Notes: generated by a model not told the origin, from the letters alone. Counted from the first letter of the stretch, positions 9,915-18,053 are shown. The stretch: 34,611 bases of DNA from an uncultured Candidatus Saccharibacteria bacterium (GCA_964622035.1 CAZUPF010000002.1:1-34611), one strand, 5' to 3'. Numbers and translations: made by a program.

Positions 9915-10385
9915 ATGGTTGAAACTAACGAAGCAAAAAACTTGGCGGAGAAGGTAATTGAAATTAAGCGGGTTTCTAAGAAGACTGAGGGGGGTAACCG
10001 TTTCAGCTTCACGGCTTTGATGGCCGTTGGTGATCGGGCGGGTACTGTGGGGGTTGGTTTGGGTAAGGCGCCGAATGTGCGCGCCGCTATTGAGAAAGGT
10101 ACTAGAATAGCCAAGAAGAAGCTGTCTAAGGTGCCGCGTTCCGGGGGAACAATCCCTTTTCCGATGGAGGTTAGGTGCGGTGCGGCCCACCTTCTCCTGC
10201 GGCCGGCCCCCTCCGGTTTCGGAATCGTTGCCGGTGGTCCGGTGCGGGCGATAATGGAGTTGGCAGGGGTTAGGGATGTCTCGAGCAAGATTTTGGGGAG
10301 TCGGAGTAAGGCGGCCAATGTACGGGCCATCCTCAAGGCTTTTCAGCAGTTACAGGAGCTGGTGGAGAAATATGAATCTTTCTAG
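9915..10385 (+). CDS. rpsE: 30S ribosomal protein S5 (uS5)
   Basis: IKRVSKKTEGG, AVGD..G.VG.G.GKA, LRPAPSGFGIVAGG. Confidence 0.98.
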   Translation: MVETNEAKNLAEKVIEIKRVSKKTEGGNRFSFTALMAVGDRAGTVGVGLGKAPNVRAAIEKGTRIAKKKLSKVPRSGGTIPFPMEVRCGAAHLLLRPAPSGFGIVAGGPVRAIMELAGVRDVSSKILGSRSKAANVRAILKAFQQLQELVEKYESF

Positions 10386-10782
10386 TTTGCCAAAGATTGG
10401 AAAAAGAAAAAAGAAGCGGGTGGGCCGTGGTTATGGGAGTGGCAAGGGCGGTCACACCGTCGGTCGGGGGCAGAAGGGCCAGAAGTCCCGCTCGGGCGGG
10501 GGACCTAAAAAGGAACGAATGTATGGTAAGCCCAAAACCTTTTCGCCCCCCAAGAGAAAAGAGCCGGAAATTCTGGATGTTTCGCGGCTGAATGCTTTTG
10601 CGGACGGGAGCGTTGTCAGCCCGCAGGTGTTGGTGGAGAAGGGTTTCGTTAGAAAAATTACTCGGGATGGGGTGAAACTTTTGGGTCGGGGTGAGCTTGA
10701 GAAGAAGCTCATGATTAAGGATGTGGCGGTTTCAGCGGGGGCGAGAGTGAAAATTGAGGGAGCCGGCGGAAGCATTGAATGA
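10372..10782 (+). CDS. rplO: 50S ribosomal protein L15 (uL15)
   Basis: [46 protein letters not shown] 10372 overlaps the end of rpsE. Confidence 0.96.
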   Translation: MNLSSLPKIGKRKKKRVGRGYGSGKGGHTVGRGQKGQKSRSGGGPKKERMYGKPKTFSPPKRKEPEILDVSRLNAFADGSVVSPQVLVEKGFVRKITRDGVKLLGRGELEKKLMIKDVAVSAGARVKIEGAGGSIE

Positions 10783-12050
10783 TAGCGAAGCTTTTAGCTA
10801 TTTTTAGAATCAAGGACCTGCGGCGGAAGATCCTCTTCACTTTGGGGGCCATTGCGGCCTACCGGTTCGCGGCCAGCATTCCTATCCCGGGCGTAGATGT
10901 GGCCGCTTTGCAGCAGCTCTTTCAGTCTAATCGTTTTTTAGGTCTTCTGGATATGCTTTCCGGGGGGGCAATGCAGCAATTCTCGGTTGTTAGTTTGGGC
11001 TTGAATCCGTACATTAACGCCTCGATCATTTTGCAGCTCTTGACTATGGTCTTCCCGCGTTTGGAGGAGCTTTTTAAGGAGGGAGAGTATGGGCGAGAGA
11101 AAAACTCACAGTACACGAGATTTTTGACAGTGCCTCTGGCCATACTCCAGGGAGTCGGTATGCATGTTCTGCTCAAGCGGCAAGGGGCGGTAGCTCCCCT
11201 CCCCGCTCTGTCTCTGGTGCTGTTTGTGCTCACTTTAGTTGGAGGGGTGGTGTTTCTGGTTTGGCTGGGGGGTTTGATCTCGGAGTACGGTTTGGGCAAC
11301 GGGAGTTCGGTTATAATTTCGGTGGGGATTCTTAGCCGCGTCCCGCTCGACTTTGGGCGCGTTATCTCGGTTTTAACTCCGGAGAGTACGCCCGGGTTTT
11401 TAGCTTACTTAGTGTTCTTCTTGGGGCTGATAGCGGCTATCGTACTAGTGGAGGAGGGTACTCGGCGGATTGAGATAAAGTATGCTCGGCGGATTAGAGG
11501 GCAACGGGGGGCGCACGAAACCTATCTTCCTCTGCGGGTAAACCAGGCCGGAGTGATGCCGATCATCTTTGCCGGTTCTTTGGTCCTCATTCCTTCGATG
11601 GTCTCGGGGTACCTAGGGGGAGCAGTACCCTCTGGTTTGAGCTCGTTTTTGGGTGGCGTGGTCCGGGTGCTCAGCCCGGGAACGGTTACTTATAATTTCA
11701 TCTATTTTCTTTTGGTGGTCGGCTTTACCTATTTTTACACGGCAGTCACTTTCAATCCCGAACAGATCGCTGAGGATATCAAGAAGCACGGCGGCTTTGT
11801 TCCGGGGATCCGCCCGGGGCGGGCGACGGCCGGACATTTGAATTGGGTGCTAACCCGGATCACCTTAGCCGGAGCCGTTTTTCTGGGAGTGGTGGCTGTT
11901 CTGCCCTCGCTGGTTTCTCAATTCTCGGGGATGGCGGCGTTGTCTTTGGGTGGGACAGGTCTGTTAATTGTTGTCTCGGTGGTTTTGGAGATTTTGAAAC
12001 GCATCGAGGCGCGGTTGGTAATGAGTGACTACGCTGGTTTTTTGAAGTAA
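10779..12050 (+). CDS. secY: Preprotein translocase subunit SecY
   Basis: [56 protein letters not shown]; about 10 hydrophobic segments. Confidence 0.99.
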   Translation: MIAKLLAIFRIKDLRRKILFTLGAIAAYRFAASIPIPGVDVAALQQLFQSNRFLGLLDMLSGGAMQQFSVVSLGLNPYINASIILQLLTMVFPRLEELFKEGEYGREKNSQYTRFLTVPLAILQGVGMHVLLKRQGAVAPLPALSLVLFVLTLVGGVVFLVWLGGLISEYGLGNGSSVIISVGILSRVPLDFGRVISVLTPESTPGFLAYLVFFLGLIAAIVLVEEGTRRIEIKYARRIRGQRGAHETYLPLRVNQAGVMPIIFAGSLVLIPSMVSGYLGGAVPSGLSSFLGGVVRVLSPGTVTYNFIYFLLVVGFTYFYTAVTFNPEQIAEDIKKHGGFVPGIRPGRATAGHLNWVLTRITLAGAVFLGVVAVLPSLVSQFSGMAALSLGGTGLLIVVSVVLEILKRIEARLVMSDYAGFLK

Positions 12051-12316
12051 TGTTCGATAAAGCCAAGGATTTGTACAAGTTAAAACAACGAGCGGATCTG
12101 CTGAAAAAGAAAATGGCCCAGGTGGTGGTTGAGGTGGAGGTGCGGGGGGCTAAGGTTACCATGCGGGGGGATCAGACGGTGGATGAGGTGCTTCTCGATG
12201 GGCAGGTCCAGGCGGATCTGAGGAAGGCGCTCAATAAGGCGGTTAAGAAATCACAGAAAGAGGTGGCGAAGAAAATGCGGGGAGACTTTTCTGACTTTAG
12301 TTTGCCGGGGATGTAG
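12050..12316 (+). CDS. YbaB/EbfC-family nucleoid-associated protein (short form)
   Basis: 88 aa helix-beta-helix pattern (K.K....Q; VTMRGDQ.V..V; ALNKAVKKSQ; C-terminal LPGM); TAATG coupling to secY. Confidence 0.75.
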   Translation: MFDKAKDLYKLKQRADLLKKKMAQVVVEVEVRGAKVTMRGDQTVDEVLLDGQVQADLRKALNKAVKKSQKEVAKKMRGDFSDFSLPGM

Positions 12317-12320
12317 GGTT

Positions 12321-12869
12321 ATGAATATTGTGATCATGGGCTCACCGGGCTCGGGAAAATCTACCCAAGCAGAGCTTCTGGCGGAGGAGCTAGGCCTACA
12401 GCGACTTTCTACGGGAGGTGTTTGCCGCCAGCTACGCCGGGAGGACTCGGAGCTGGGGCGACGAGTTCGAGCGGTTTATGATAAGGGGGAGTTGGTAAGT
12501 GATCAGGAGATGCTCCAGCTTCTTAATTGGGCGCTGGCCAAGCCGGCTTATCAGGGAGGATTTATCTTGGATGGGTATCCGCGTAATCTTTGGCAGGTCG
12601 AAAATGCTCCCCGGGCGTTTGATCGGGTGATCTACCTCGCTGTTTCTGATGAGGAGGGGCTTAAGCGGTTGCTGGGGCGGGCGGAGAAGGCGGGGCGGGC
12701 GGATGATACTCCTGAGGTGATCGCCGATCGGTTGGAAATTTATCATGGGGAGACGGAGCCGGTGTTGGATTACTACCGTCGGCAGGGAATTTTGGAGGAA
12801 GTTGATGGGGAGCGATCCGTGGCGGATATTTTTGAGGATATTCTGTCCCGATTGGAAGGGCAGAAATGA
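12321..12869 (+). CDS. adk: Adenylate kinase, short LID form
   Basis: GSPGSGKSTQ P-loop, GELVSD, FILDGYPR, GRADD. Confidence 0.96.
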   Translation: MNIVIMGSPGSGKSTQAELLAEELGLQRLSTGGVCRQLRREDSELGRRVRAVYDKGELVSDQEMLQLLNWALAKPAYQGGFILDGYPRNLWQVENAPRAFDRVIYLAVSDEEGLKRLLGRAEKAGRADDTPEVIADRLEIYHGETEPVLDYYRRQGILEEVDGERSVADIFEDILSRLEGQK

Positions 12870-13684
12870 TTGTTTTGAAATCGGCGGAGGAGCTGGCGGT
12901 TATGGAGAGGGCGGGGAAGATTACGGCGCAAGTTATCGGGGAGGTTTTGGCGCGGGCGGAGCCGGGGGTGAATACTTGGGATCTGGATCAGTTCGCGGAG
13001 AAAAGGATCCGTGAGCTAGGTGGGGAGCCGGGGTTTAAGAAGGTGGCCGGTTACGACTTTGCCACCTGCATCAATATTAATGAGGGGCTAGTTCACGGTA
13101 TTCCCACTCGGGATTTGATTGTCAAGGAGGGTGATATTGTCAGCGTCGATGCTGGCGCTTTCTATGGGGGGTTTCATACTGACTCGGCGTGGACTAAACT
13201 AGTTAAAGGTGAAAACCCGCCGGCCGGCCCGCTTCGCAGCGAGGCGGGCGAGGCAGGGTTAAAAGCTAAAAGTTATGAGGAGCGGGAGGGTTTTCTGGAT
13301 GTGGGAATACGGGCTTTAGAGCGGGCGATTGCGCAGTGCCGGGTGGGTAATTTTGTTGGGGATATTTCGGAGGCGATTCAGTCGGTGGTTGAGGGGGCCG
13401 GGTTCAGTGTAGTTCGTGATTTGGTGGGCCACGGGGTTGGTAGGGAGCTGCATGAGGACCCGCAAATTCCTTGTTTTGGGGTGGGGGGAGAAGGGGCGCA
13501 GCTCGTTGTGGGGATGGTTTTAGCCATCGAGGTGCTTTACACTTGGGGAAACTCGGGGATAGATGCGGCCGATGACGGCTGGACAGTGGTAACTAAGGAC
13601 CGATCCCTGGCAGCGATTTTCGAAAAAACGGTAGCGATTACGGAAACTGGGACCCGGGTAGTGACCAAAACATTGACCCTATAG
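12866..13684 (+). CDS. map: Methionine aminopeptidase type I, with about 20 aa insertion
   Basis: CININEGLVHGIP, GDIVSVD, GFHTDSA, GHGVG..LHEDP, LAIE. Confidence 0.98.
   Translation: MIVLKSAEELAVMERAGKITAQVIGEVLARAEPGVNTWDLDQFAEKRIRELGGEPGFKKVAGYDFATCININEGLVHGIPTRDLIVKEGDIVSVDAGAFYGGFHTDSAWTKLVKGENPPAGPLRSEAGEAGLKAKSYEEREGFLDVGIRALERAIAQCRVGNFVGDISEAIQSVVEGAGFSVVRDLVGHGVGRELHEDPQIPCFGVGGEGAQLVVGMVLAIEVLYTWGNSGIDAADDGWTVVTKDRSLAAIFEKTVAITETGTRVVTKTLTL
13214..13260. repeat. Nested GC-rich palindrome inserted in frame in map
   Basis: Inner GCCCGCTTCG-CAG-CGAGGCGGGC (13227-13249) inside outer AACCCGCC...GGCAGGGTT. Confidence 0.6.
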
Positions 13685-13701
13685 GGGCCGTATGGTAGAA
13701 T
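13673..13701 (+). promoter_or_regulatory. Internal sigma70-type promoter for infA-rpmJ-rpsM and downstream genes
   Basis: TTGACC-N17-TAGAAT with extended -10 TG. Confidence 0.7.
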
Positions 13702-13746
13702 ACTTGGGGCTCAGGTTTAAGTACGAAAGCCTGGTGCCTGTTTTTT

Positions 13747-13965
13747 ATGGCGAAGCAAGAGCTAGTTAAGGCCTCCGGAAAGGTTGAAAAAGCCCTTCCC
13801 AATGCCACTTTTGAGGTGGCAATGGTGGATGGTAGCACCGTCTTGGCGCGGACTTCGGGAAAGATGCGCCGGTTTCGGATTCACATTCTGCCGGGGGACA
13901 GGGTGGATGTAGAGATGAGTAAGCACGATTTGACGCGGGGGAGGATTGTCTACCGGTATAAGTAG
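13747..13965 (+). CDS. infA: Translation initiation factor IF-1
   Basis: [36 protein letters not shown]. Confidence 0.99.
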   Translation: MAKQELVKASGKVEKALPNATFEVAMVDGSTVLARTSGKMRRFRIHILPGDRVDVEMSKHDLTRGRIVYRYK

Positions 13966-13978
13966 TGGGTGCCTTGTT

Positions 13979-14092
13979 ATGAAAGTTCGCGCTAGCGTTA
14001 AGAAAATTTGTAGTAAATGTAAAGTTGTCCGCCGTAAAGGTGTTGTGAGGGTAATTTGCGAGAATCCGAAGCATAAGCAGCGGCAGGGTTAG
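13979..14092 (+). CDS. rpmJ: 50S ribosomal protein L36 (bL36), zinc type; not in supplied ORF track
   Basis: Manual translation: [37 protein letters not shown]. Confidence 0.99.
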   Translation: MKVRASVKKICSKCKVVRRKGVVRVICENPKHKQRQG

Positions 14093-14104
14093 GAAAGCGT
14101 AATC

Positions 14105-14488
14105 ATGGCCAGAATTGCAGGAGTAACCATACCCGATGACAAACAAATCGCGATCGCTCTCACCCACGTGCGGGGGGTGGGGAGGTCCGCCGCCGCCCGA
14201 GTTTTGAGCGAGGCCGGGGTGGATGTAAGTACTCGGGCTAAGGATGTTTCACCAGAAGATATAGCGCGAATACAAAAAATTGTGGAGGGTACCTGCGAGG
14301 TGGAGGGGGCGCTGGCGCGCAAGGAGCGGATGAGTTTGAAAAGGCTTAAGGACATTAGGTGTTATCGCGGGTTACGCCATGAGCGCAATCTTCCAGTTCG
14401 TGGCCAGCGGACAAAGACTAACGCCCGGACTCGCAAGGGGAAAAAGCGAGCTATTGGCGGGACGGGGATAGTGAGGGGAGGGCACTAG
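14105..14488 (+). CDS. rpsM: 30S ribosomal protein S13 (uS13)
   Basis: MARIAGV, YRGLRH..LPVRGQRTKTNARTRKG. Confidence 0.99.
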   Translation: MARIAGVTIPDDKQIAIALTHVRGVGRSAAARVLSEAGVDVSTRAKDVSPEDIARIQKIVEGTCEVEGALARKERMSLKRLKDIRCYRGLRHERNLPVRGQRTKTNARTRKGKKRAIGGTGIVRGGH

Positions 14489-14491
14489 TCA

Positions 14492-14896
14492 ATGGCAAAG
14501 AAAACGGCTGCTAAAAAAGTGACGAAGAAGAAGAAGGCTCGCCAGGTAGTTTCCGAGGAGGGACAAGTGCGGATTACCGCAACTTTTAATAATACCCTTA
14601 TTACGGTTACCGATTTGATGGGGAATAAGGTTTGTGGGGGGAGTGCCGGGACAGTCGGTTTCAAGGGGACGAGAAAATCTACCCCTTTCGCTGCTTCGCA
14701 GGCCTCCGCGCAAGTGGCTGTTGAGGCGGCAAAGAAAGGCGTTCGGCGGGTACATGTCTTGGTTAAAGGGCCAGGGATGGGAAGGAATATCGCGATTAAA
14801 TCTTTAAAGACCGGGGGGCTAAATGTCCTATCGATAAAGGATATAACGGCTATGCCCCATAACGGATGCCGACCTAAAAAGAGGCGGCGGGTGTAA
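14492..14896 (+). CDS. rpsK: 30S ribosomal protein S11 (uS11)
   Basis: ATFNNTLITVTD, GFKGTRKSTPFAA, PHNGCRPKKRRRV. Confidence 0.99.
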   Translation: MAKKTAAKKVTKKKKARQVVSEEGQVRITATFNNTLITVTDLMGNKVCGGSAGTVGFKGTRKSTPFAASQASAQVAVEAAKKGVRRVHVLVKGPGMGRNIAIKSLKTGGLNVLSIKDITAMPHNGCRPKKRRRV

Positions 14897-14914
14897 GGGC
14901 TTTTAGTTTCTATT

Positions 14915-15532
14915 ATGGCTAGATATCTGGGATCAAAATGTAAATTGTGTCGCCGCGAGGGTGTAAAACTATTTCTCAAGGGGGCACGATGCGATTCGCC
15001 AAAATGCGCTTTATTTAGAAAGCAGCAGGTGCCTGGGCAGCACGGTACCAACCGCCGCCGCCGCCGTCCGAGCGAGTACTCGCTTCAGCTTCGGGAGAAG
15101 CAGAAAGTGAAAAGAACTTACGGAGTGCGGGAGGCCCAGTTTAAGAATTACTTTGCGGCGGCCTCCAAGAGCAGAGAAGATGTGGGGGATGTCCTGTTGC
15201 AAACTTTGGAGCGGCGGCTGGATAATGTGGTCTACCGGGCTGGTTTGGCGCACTCCCGCTCCCATGCGCGGCAGATGGTGGGACATCGGAAGGTAACTGT
15301 AGGTGGTAAGATAGTCGATCGCGCTTCATTTTTGGTTGGTGTTGATGATACAATAGGCCTTACCTCGGGGGGTGAGGAGGAGAAGTGGGAGATTTTGCGG
15401 ATGGACGCTGTCCCCCCGTGGCTGGTTCGTGATGAGAAGAAGAAGGAGATTTCCCTGGCTAGGCTTCCAGAGAGGGACGATTTAGGGTTAGACATTAACG
15501 AACACTTAATTGTTGAGTTTTATTCACGGTAG
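14915..15532 (+). CDS. rpsD: 30S ribosomal protein S4 (uS4), Cys-containing type
   Basis: MARYLGSKCKLCRREG, QLREKQK, LERRLDNVVYR, LIVEFYSR. Confidence 0.99.
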   Translation: MARYLGSKCKLCRREGVKLFLKGARCDSPKCALFRKQQVPGQHGTNRRRRRPSEYSLQLREKQKVKRTYGVREAQFKNYFAAASKSREDVGDVLLQTLERRLDNVVYRAGLAHSRSHARQMVGHRKVTVGGKIVDRASFLVGVDDTIGLTSGGEEEKWEILRMDAVPPWLVRDEKKKEISLARLPERDDLGLDINEHLIVEFYSR

Positions 15533-15574
15533 CCCGCCTCGTTTACACTGGGGTGGGATAAAAAGGAGGTATTT

Positions 15575-16513
15575 ATGATCGGTTCAAACGACATCAGACT
15601 CGAAATCTTAGAGGAGGGGGGGGATATCGGCCGTTTCGCTATTGGACCGTTGGGTCGCGGGTACGGCCACACTTTGGGGAATTCGCTTCGGAGGGTTCTG
15701 CTCTCTTCCCTTCCGGGGGCGGCGGTAGTCGAGGTGCGTTTCTCCGGTGTGCCTCACCAATTTACCACTATAGAAGGGGTGAAAGAGGATATTGTTCAGC
15801 TAACTCTTAATTTGAAGAAGATTCGTTTTAATTTAGCCGATGAGGAGCCTGTCGGGTTACGACTTTCGGCTACGGGTGCGGGGGAGGTCACGGCGGGGGA
15901 TATCGAGGTGTCCGCTGGGGTGGAGGTGGTTAACCCCGATCTGGTTATTGCTCATCTGACCGGTAAAAAGGCCAAGCTAGAAGCTGATCTGCTAGTAGAA
16001 TCCGGTTACGGCTATGTTCCTGCTGGGGATCGGGAAACGCGGAAGGTTGGGGTGATTGTCCTTGATGCCATTTTCACTCCAGTTTTGAATGTGGCCTACC
16101 AGGTAGAAGCAGTTCGAGTGGGACAAATCACCAACTTGGACCGACTACTTTTGGACATTACGACCGACGGTACTGTTACTCCGAAGGATGCAATGCTTAG
16201 GGCGGCAGAGATTCTAATGCAGCACTTCTACCGACTAGCCCAGGGGGAACTGGAAGAAGAGGTTGCCCCGGTGGAGGAGAAGCCCCAGATGACTGCGGAG
16301 GAGGAGAAGCTTCCCTTGGAGGATTTAGAGCTGCCGACTCGGGTTAACAACAGTTTGAAGAAGGGCGGGGTCAATACTTGCGGGGAGTTGATGAGCATTA
16401 TTTGGACGGGCGGCCTTTCTGGCCTGACGGGAATTCAAAATGTGGGGGATAAATCGCTGGAGGAGATTCGCGAGAAAGTAACCGCTCGGGGGTGGTTTGA
16501 TGAGGAGGCTTAA
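15575..16513 (+). CDS. rpoA: RNA polymerase subunit alpha
   Basis: GYGHTLGNSLRRVLLSSLPGAA, GVKED, DAIFTPV, alpha-CTD LEL..RVNNSL; SD AAAAGGAGG. Confidence 0.99.
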   Translation: MIGSNDIRLEILEEGGDIGRFAIGPLGRGYGHTLGNSLRRVLLSSLPGAAVVEVRFSGVPHQFTTIEGVKEDIVQLTLNLKKIRFNLADEEPVGLRLSATGAGEVTAGDIEVSAGVEVVNPDLVIAHLTGKKAKLEADLLVESGYGYVPAGDRETRKVGVIVLDAIFTPVLNVAYQVEAVRVGQITNLDRLLLDITTDGTVTPKDAMLRAAEILMQHFYRLAQGELEEEVAPVEEKPQMTAEEEKLPLEDLELPTRVNNSLKKGGVNTCGELMSIIWTGGLSGLTGIQNVGDKSLEEIREKVTARGWFDEEA

Positions 16514-16841
16514 GCTAGGCCGAAAGAAATCGCATCGCGAGGCCCTGCTTAGGAATCTGGCTTCGGATCTGGTGCGGCACGGGCGAATAAAGACGACTTT
16601 GGCAAAGGCCAAGGCGCTACGGCCGAAGGTTGAGCGGCTGGTGACGGCTGCTCGGGAGGGCACTCCGGGGAAAAAGCGTAAGATTATGAAGTTTTTCTAC
16701 TCTGCCGAAGTGGCGGAGAAACTTCTTTCGGAGATCGGTCCGCGATTTAAGGATCGCCCTGGAGGCTACACGCGGATTGTGAAGCTGGGTTTTCGGGAGG
16801 GGGATGGGGCTGAGATCGCGATAATTGAGTGGGTGGAATGA
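16500..16841 (+). CDS. rplQ: 50S ribosomal protein L17 (bL17)
   Basis: KLGRKKSHREALLRNL, IKTTLAKAK, RPGGYTRIVK. Confidence 0.98.
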   Translation: MRRLKLGRKKSHREALLRNLASDLVRHGRIKTTLAKAKALRPKVERLVTAAREGTPGKKRKIMKFFYSAEVAEKLLSEIGPRFKDRPGGYTRIVKLGFREGDGAEIAIIEWVE

Positions 16842-17263
16842 TGACCAAGACCTATACCACAAAAGCTAGGGATATTGATCGCCAGTGGCATCTTATTGAT
16901 GTTGATGAGCAAATTCTGGGTCGCGTGGCGGCAAAGATTGCTCCGCTGCTTATGGGGAAAAACAAGCCAAACTACGCACCGTACCTCGATTTGGGTGATC
17001 ATGTAGTAGTGGTCAACGCCGAGGGCTTCCGGGTAACGGGGCGGAAGGAGACGCAGAAGATGTACTACCGTGCTTCCCAGATGTTGGGGCACCTGAAGGA
17101 GGAAACTTTGGGGGAACTTAGAGAGCGGCGGCCCGGGGAGGCGCTACGGTTGGCGGTGCGGGGGATGCTCCCGGCTAACCGTCTTCGCGATTCGCGGATG
17201 GAGCGGTTTCATATCTATACGGGATCAGAACATCCGCACCAAGGACAGCTTAGTGATTCTTAA
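16838..17263 (+). CDS. rplM: 50S ribosomal protein L13 (uL13)
   Basis: WHLID, LGRVA, GKNKP.Y.P..D.GD.VVVVNA, AVRGMLP; start at 16838 or 16841. Confidence 0.98.
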   Translation: MMTKTYTTKARDIDRQWHLIDVDEQILGRVAAKIAPLLMGKNKPNYAPYLDLGDHVVVVNAEGFRVTGRKETQKMYYRASQMLGHLKEETLGELRERRPGEALRLAVRGMLPANRLRDSRMERFHIYTGSEHPHQGQLSDS

Positions 17264-17268
17264 AAACT

Positions 17269-17679
17269 ATGCCGACAAAAGGAAGTAAAACACAGCAATT
17301 TTTCCAGGGGGTAGGCCGAAGAAGGACGGCAACAGCGACGGTCCGCCTTTTTGATGAGCGTGGGGCTCTCTTGGTAAATAAGAAACCGATTGAGGAGTAT
17401 TTTCCCGGAGAGGGGGCTCAGGAAGTCTATCTGGCCCCGCTGCAGGCGGTTGGTATGCTCGACAAGTTCCGGGGGGAGATCCGGACTTCCGGAGGGGGAA
17501 AACAAGGACAGTTGGGGGCGGTGGTTTTGGGGGTGGCGCGGGCGCTGCTGGCTTATGATGAAAGTCTGCGGCCCACTTTGGCCAAGCAAGGTTTGCTGAC
17601 GCGCGACTCGCGGATGAAAGAGCGCAAAAAGGTTTACTGCCGTAGTGCTCGGCGGGCGCCGCAATTCTCCAAGCGTTAA
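17269..17679 (+). CDS. rpsI: 30S ribosomal protein S9 (uS9)
   Basis: GVGRRRTATATVRL, GGGKQGQ, LTRDSRMKERKK, APQFSKR. Confidence 0.99.
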   Translation: MPTKGSKTQQFFQGVGRRRTATATVRLFDERGALLVNKKPIEEYFPGEGAQEVYLAPLQAVGMLDKFRGEIRTSGGGKQGQLGAVVLGVARALLAYDESLRPTLAKQGLLTRDSRMKERKKVYCRSARRAPQFSKR

Positions 17680-17697
17680 TCTTTCTCATTTGGGATC

Positions 17698-17706
17698 TGC
17701 TATAAT
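17698..17706 (+). promoter_or_regulatory. Extended -10 promoter of tRNA-Pro
   Basis: TGCTATAAT 8 nt upstream of the tRNA. Confidence 0.7.
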
Positions 17707-17714
17707 TCGGTCAC

Positions 17715-17790
17715 CGGGGTGTGGCGCAGTTGGCAGCGCGTGCGCATGGGGTGCGCAAGGTCGCCGGTTCGAGCCCGGCCACCCCGACCA
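17715..17790 (+). tRNA. tRNA-Pro(GGG)
   Basis: Cloverleaf: CGGGGTG/CACCCCG acceptor, GCGC D-stem, TGCGC-AT GGG GT-GCGCA anticodon arm, GCCGG-TTCGAGC-CCGGC T-arm, encoded ACCA. Confidence 0.97.
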
Positions 17791-17873
17791 GTGATTTTCT
17801 TAGCGACTAAGGAGCTTAGAAAAGCCTGAGCCGCGTTTCCCGACTGATCGGGATCACGCGGCCAACCTCCCTC

Positions 17874-17903
17874 TTGACAAAACTCTCAGCTTTTGCCTAT
17901 TAT
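17874..17903 (+). promoter_or_regulatory. Sigma70-type promoter
   Basis: TTGACA-N18-TATTAT. Confidence 0.65.
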
Positions 17904-17911
17904 TGATTGCG

Positions 17912-17992
17912 ATGGAATCTTTGCGGTTGCCAGCAAATTTCACAGTGTTGCTTTTTAGCCTTATTACTAAGGGTCGCGGGCCTGGCGGCTAG
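17912..17992 (+). CDS. Putative attenuator leader peptide (26 aa)
   Basis: MESLRLPANFTVLLFSLITKGRGPGG*; starts at the predicted TSS, and its stop codon lies in a hairpin ahead of a terminator. Confidence 0.45.
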   Translation: MESLRLPANFTVLLFSLITKGRGPGG

Positions 17993-18026
17993 CCTGTTTT
18001 TTACTAGCTTGCCGAACCCCGACCAC

Positions 18027-18053
18027 GTCCCGGAAACCCGGGACTTTTTCTTT
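18027..18053 (+). terminator. Intrinsic terminator in leader region
   Basis: GTCCCGG-AAAC-CCGGGAC followed by TTTTTCTTT. Confidence 0.8.

Noticed and set aside
10372..10385. rpmD (uL30) absent between rpsE and rplO
   Set aside because: Real, but an established CPR-wide trait; used only for taxonomic inference.
1114..14490. Scattered ACTAGT hexamers (about 1114, 6713, 11445, 13198, 14484)
   Set aside because: Isolated, mostly within coding sequence and lacking the TACAC/GTGTA flanks of the TrpR-like sites.
45..17689. Many antisense and alternate-frame ORFs over ribosomal genes (e.g. 421-1077, 7472-8218)
   Set aside because: Shadow ORFs of highly conserved genes in GC-rich, skewed DNA; no recognisable motifs or start signals.
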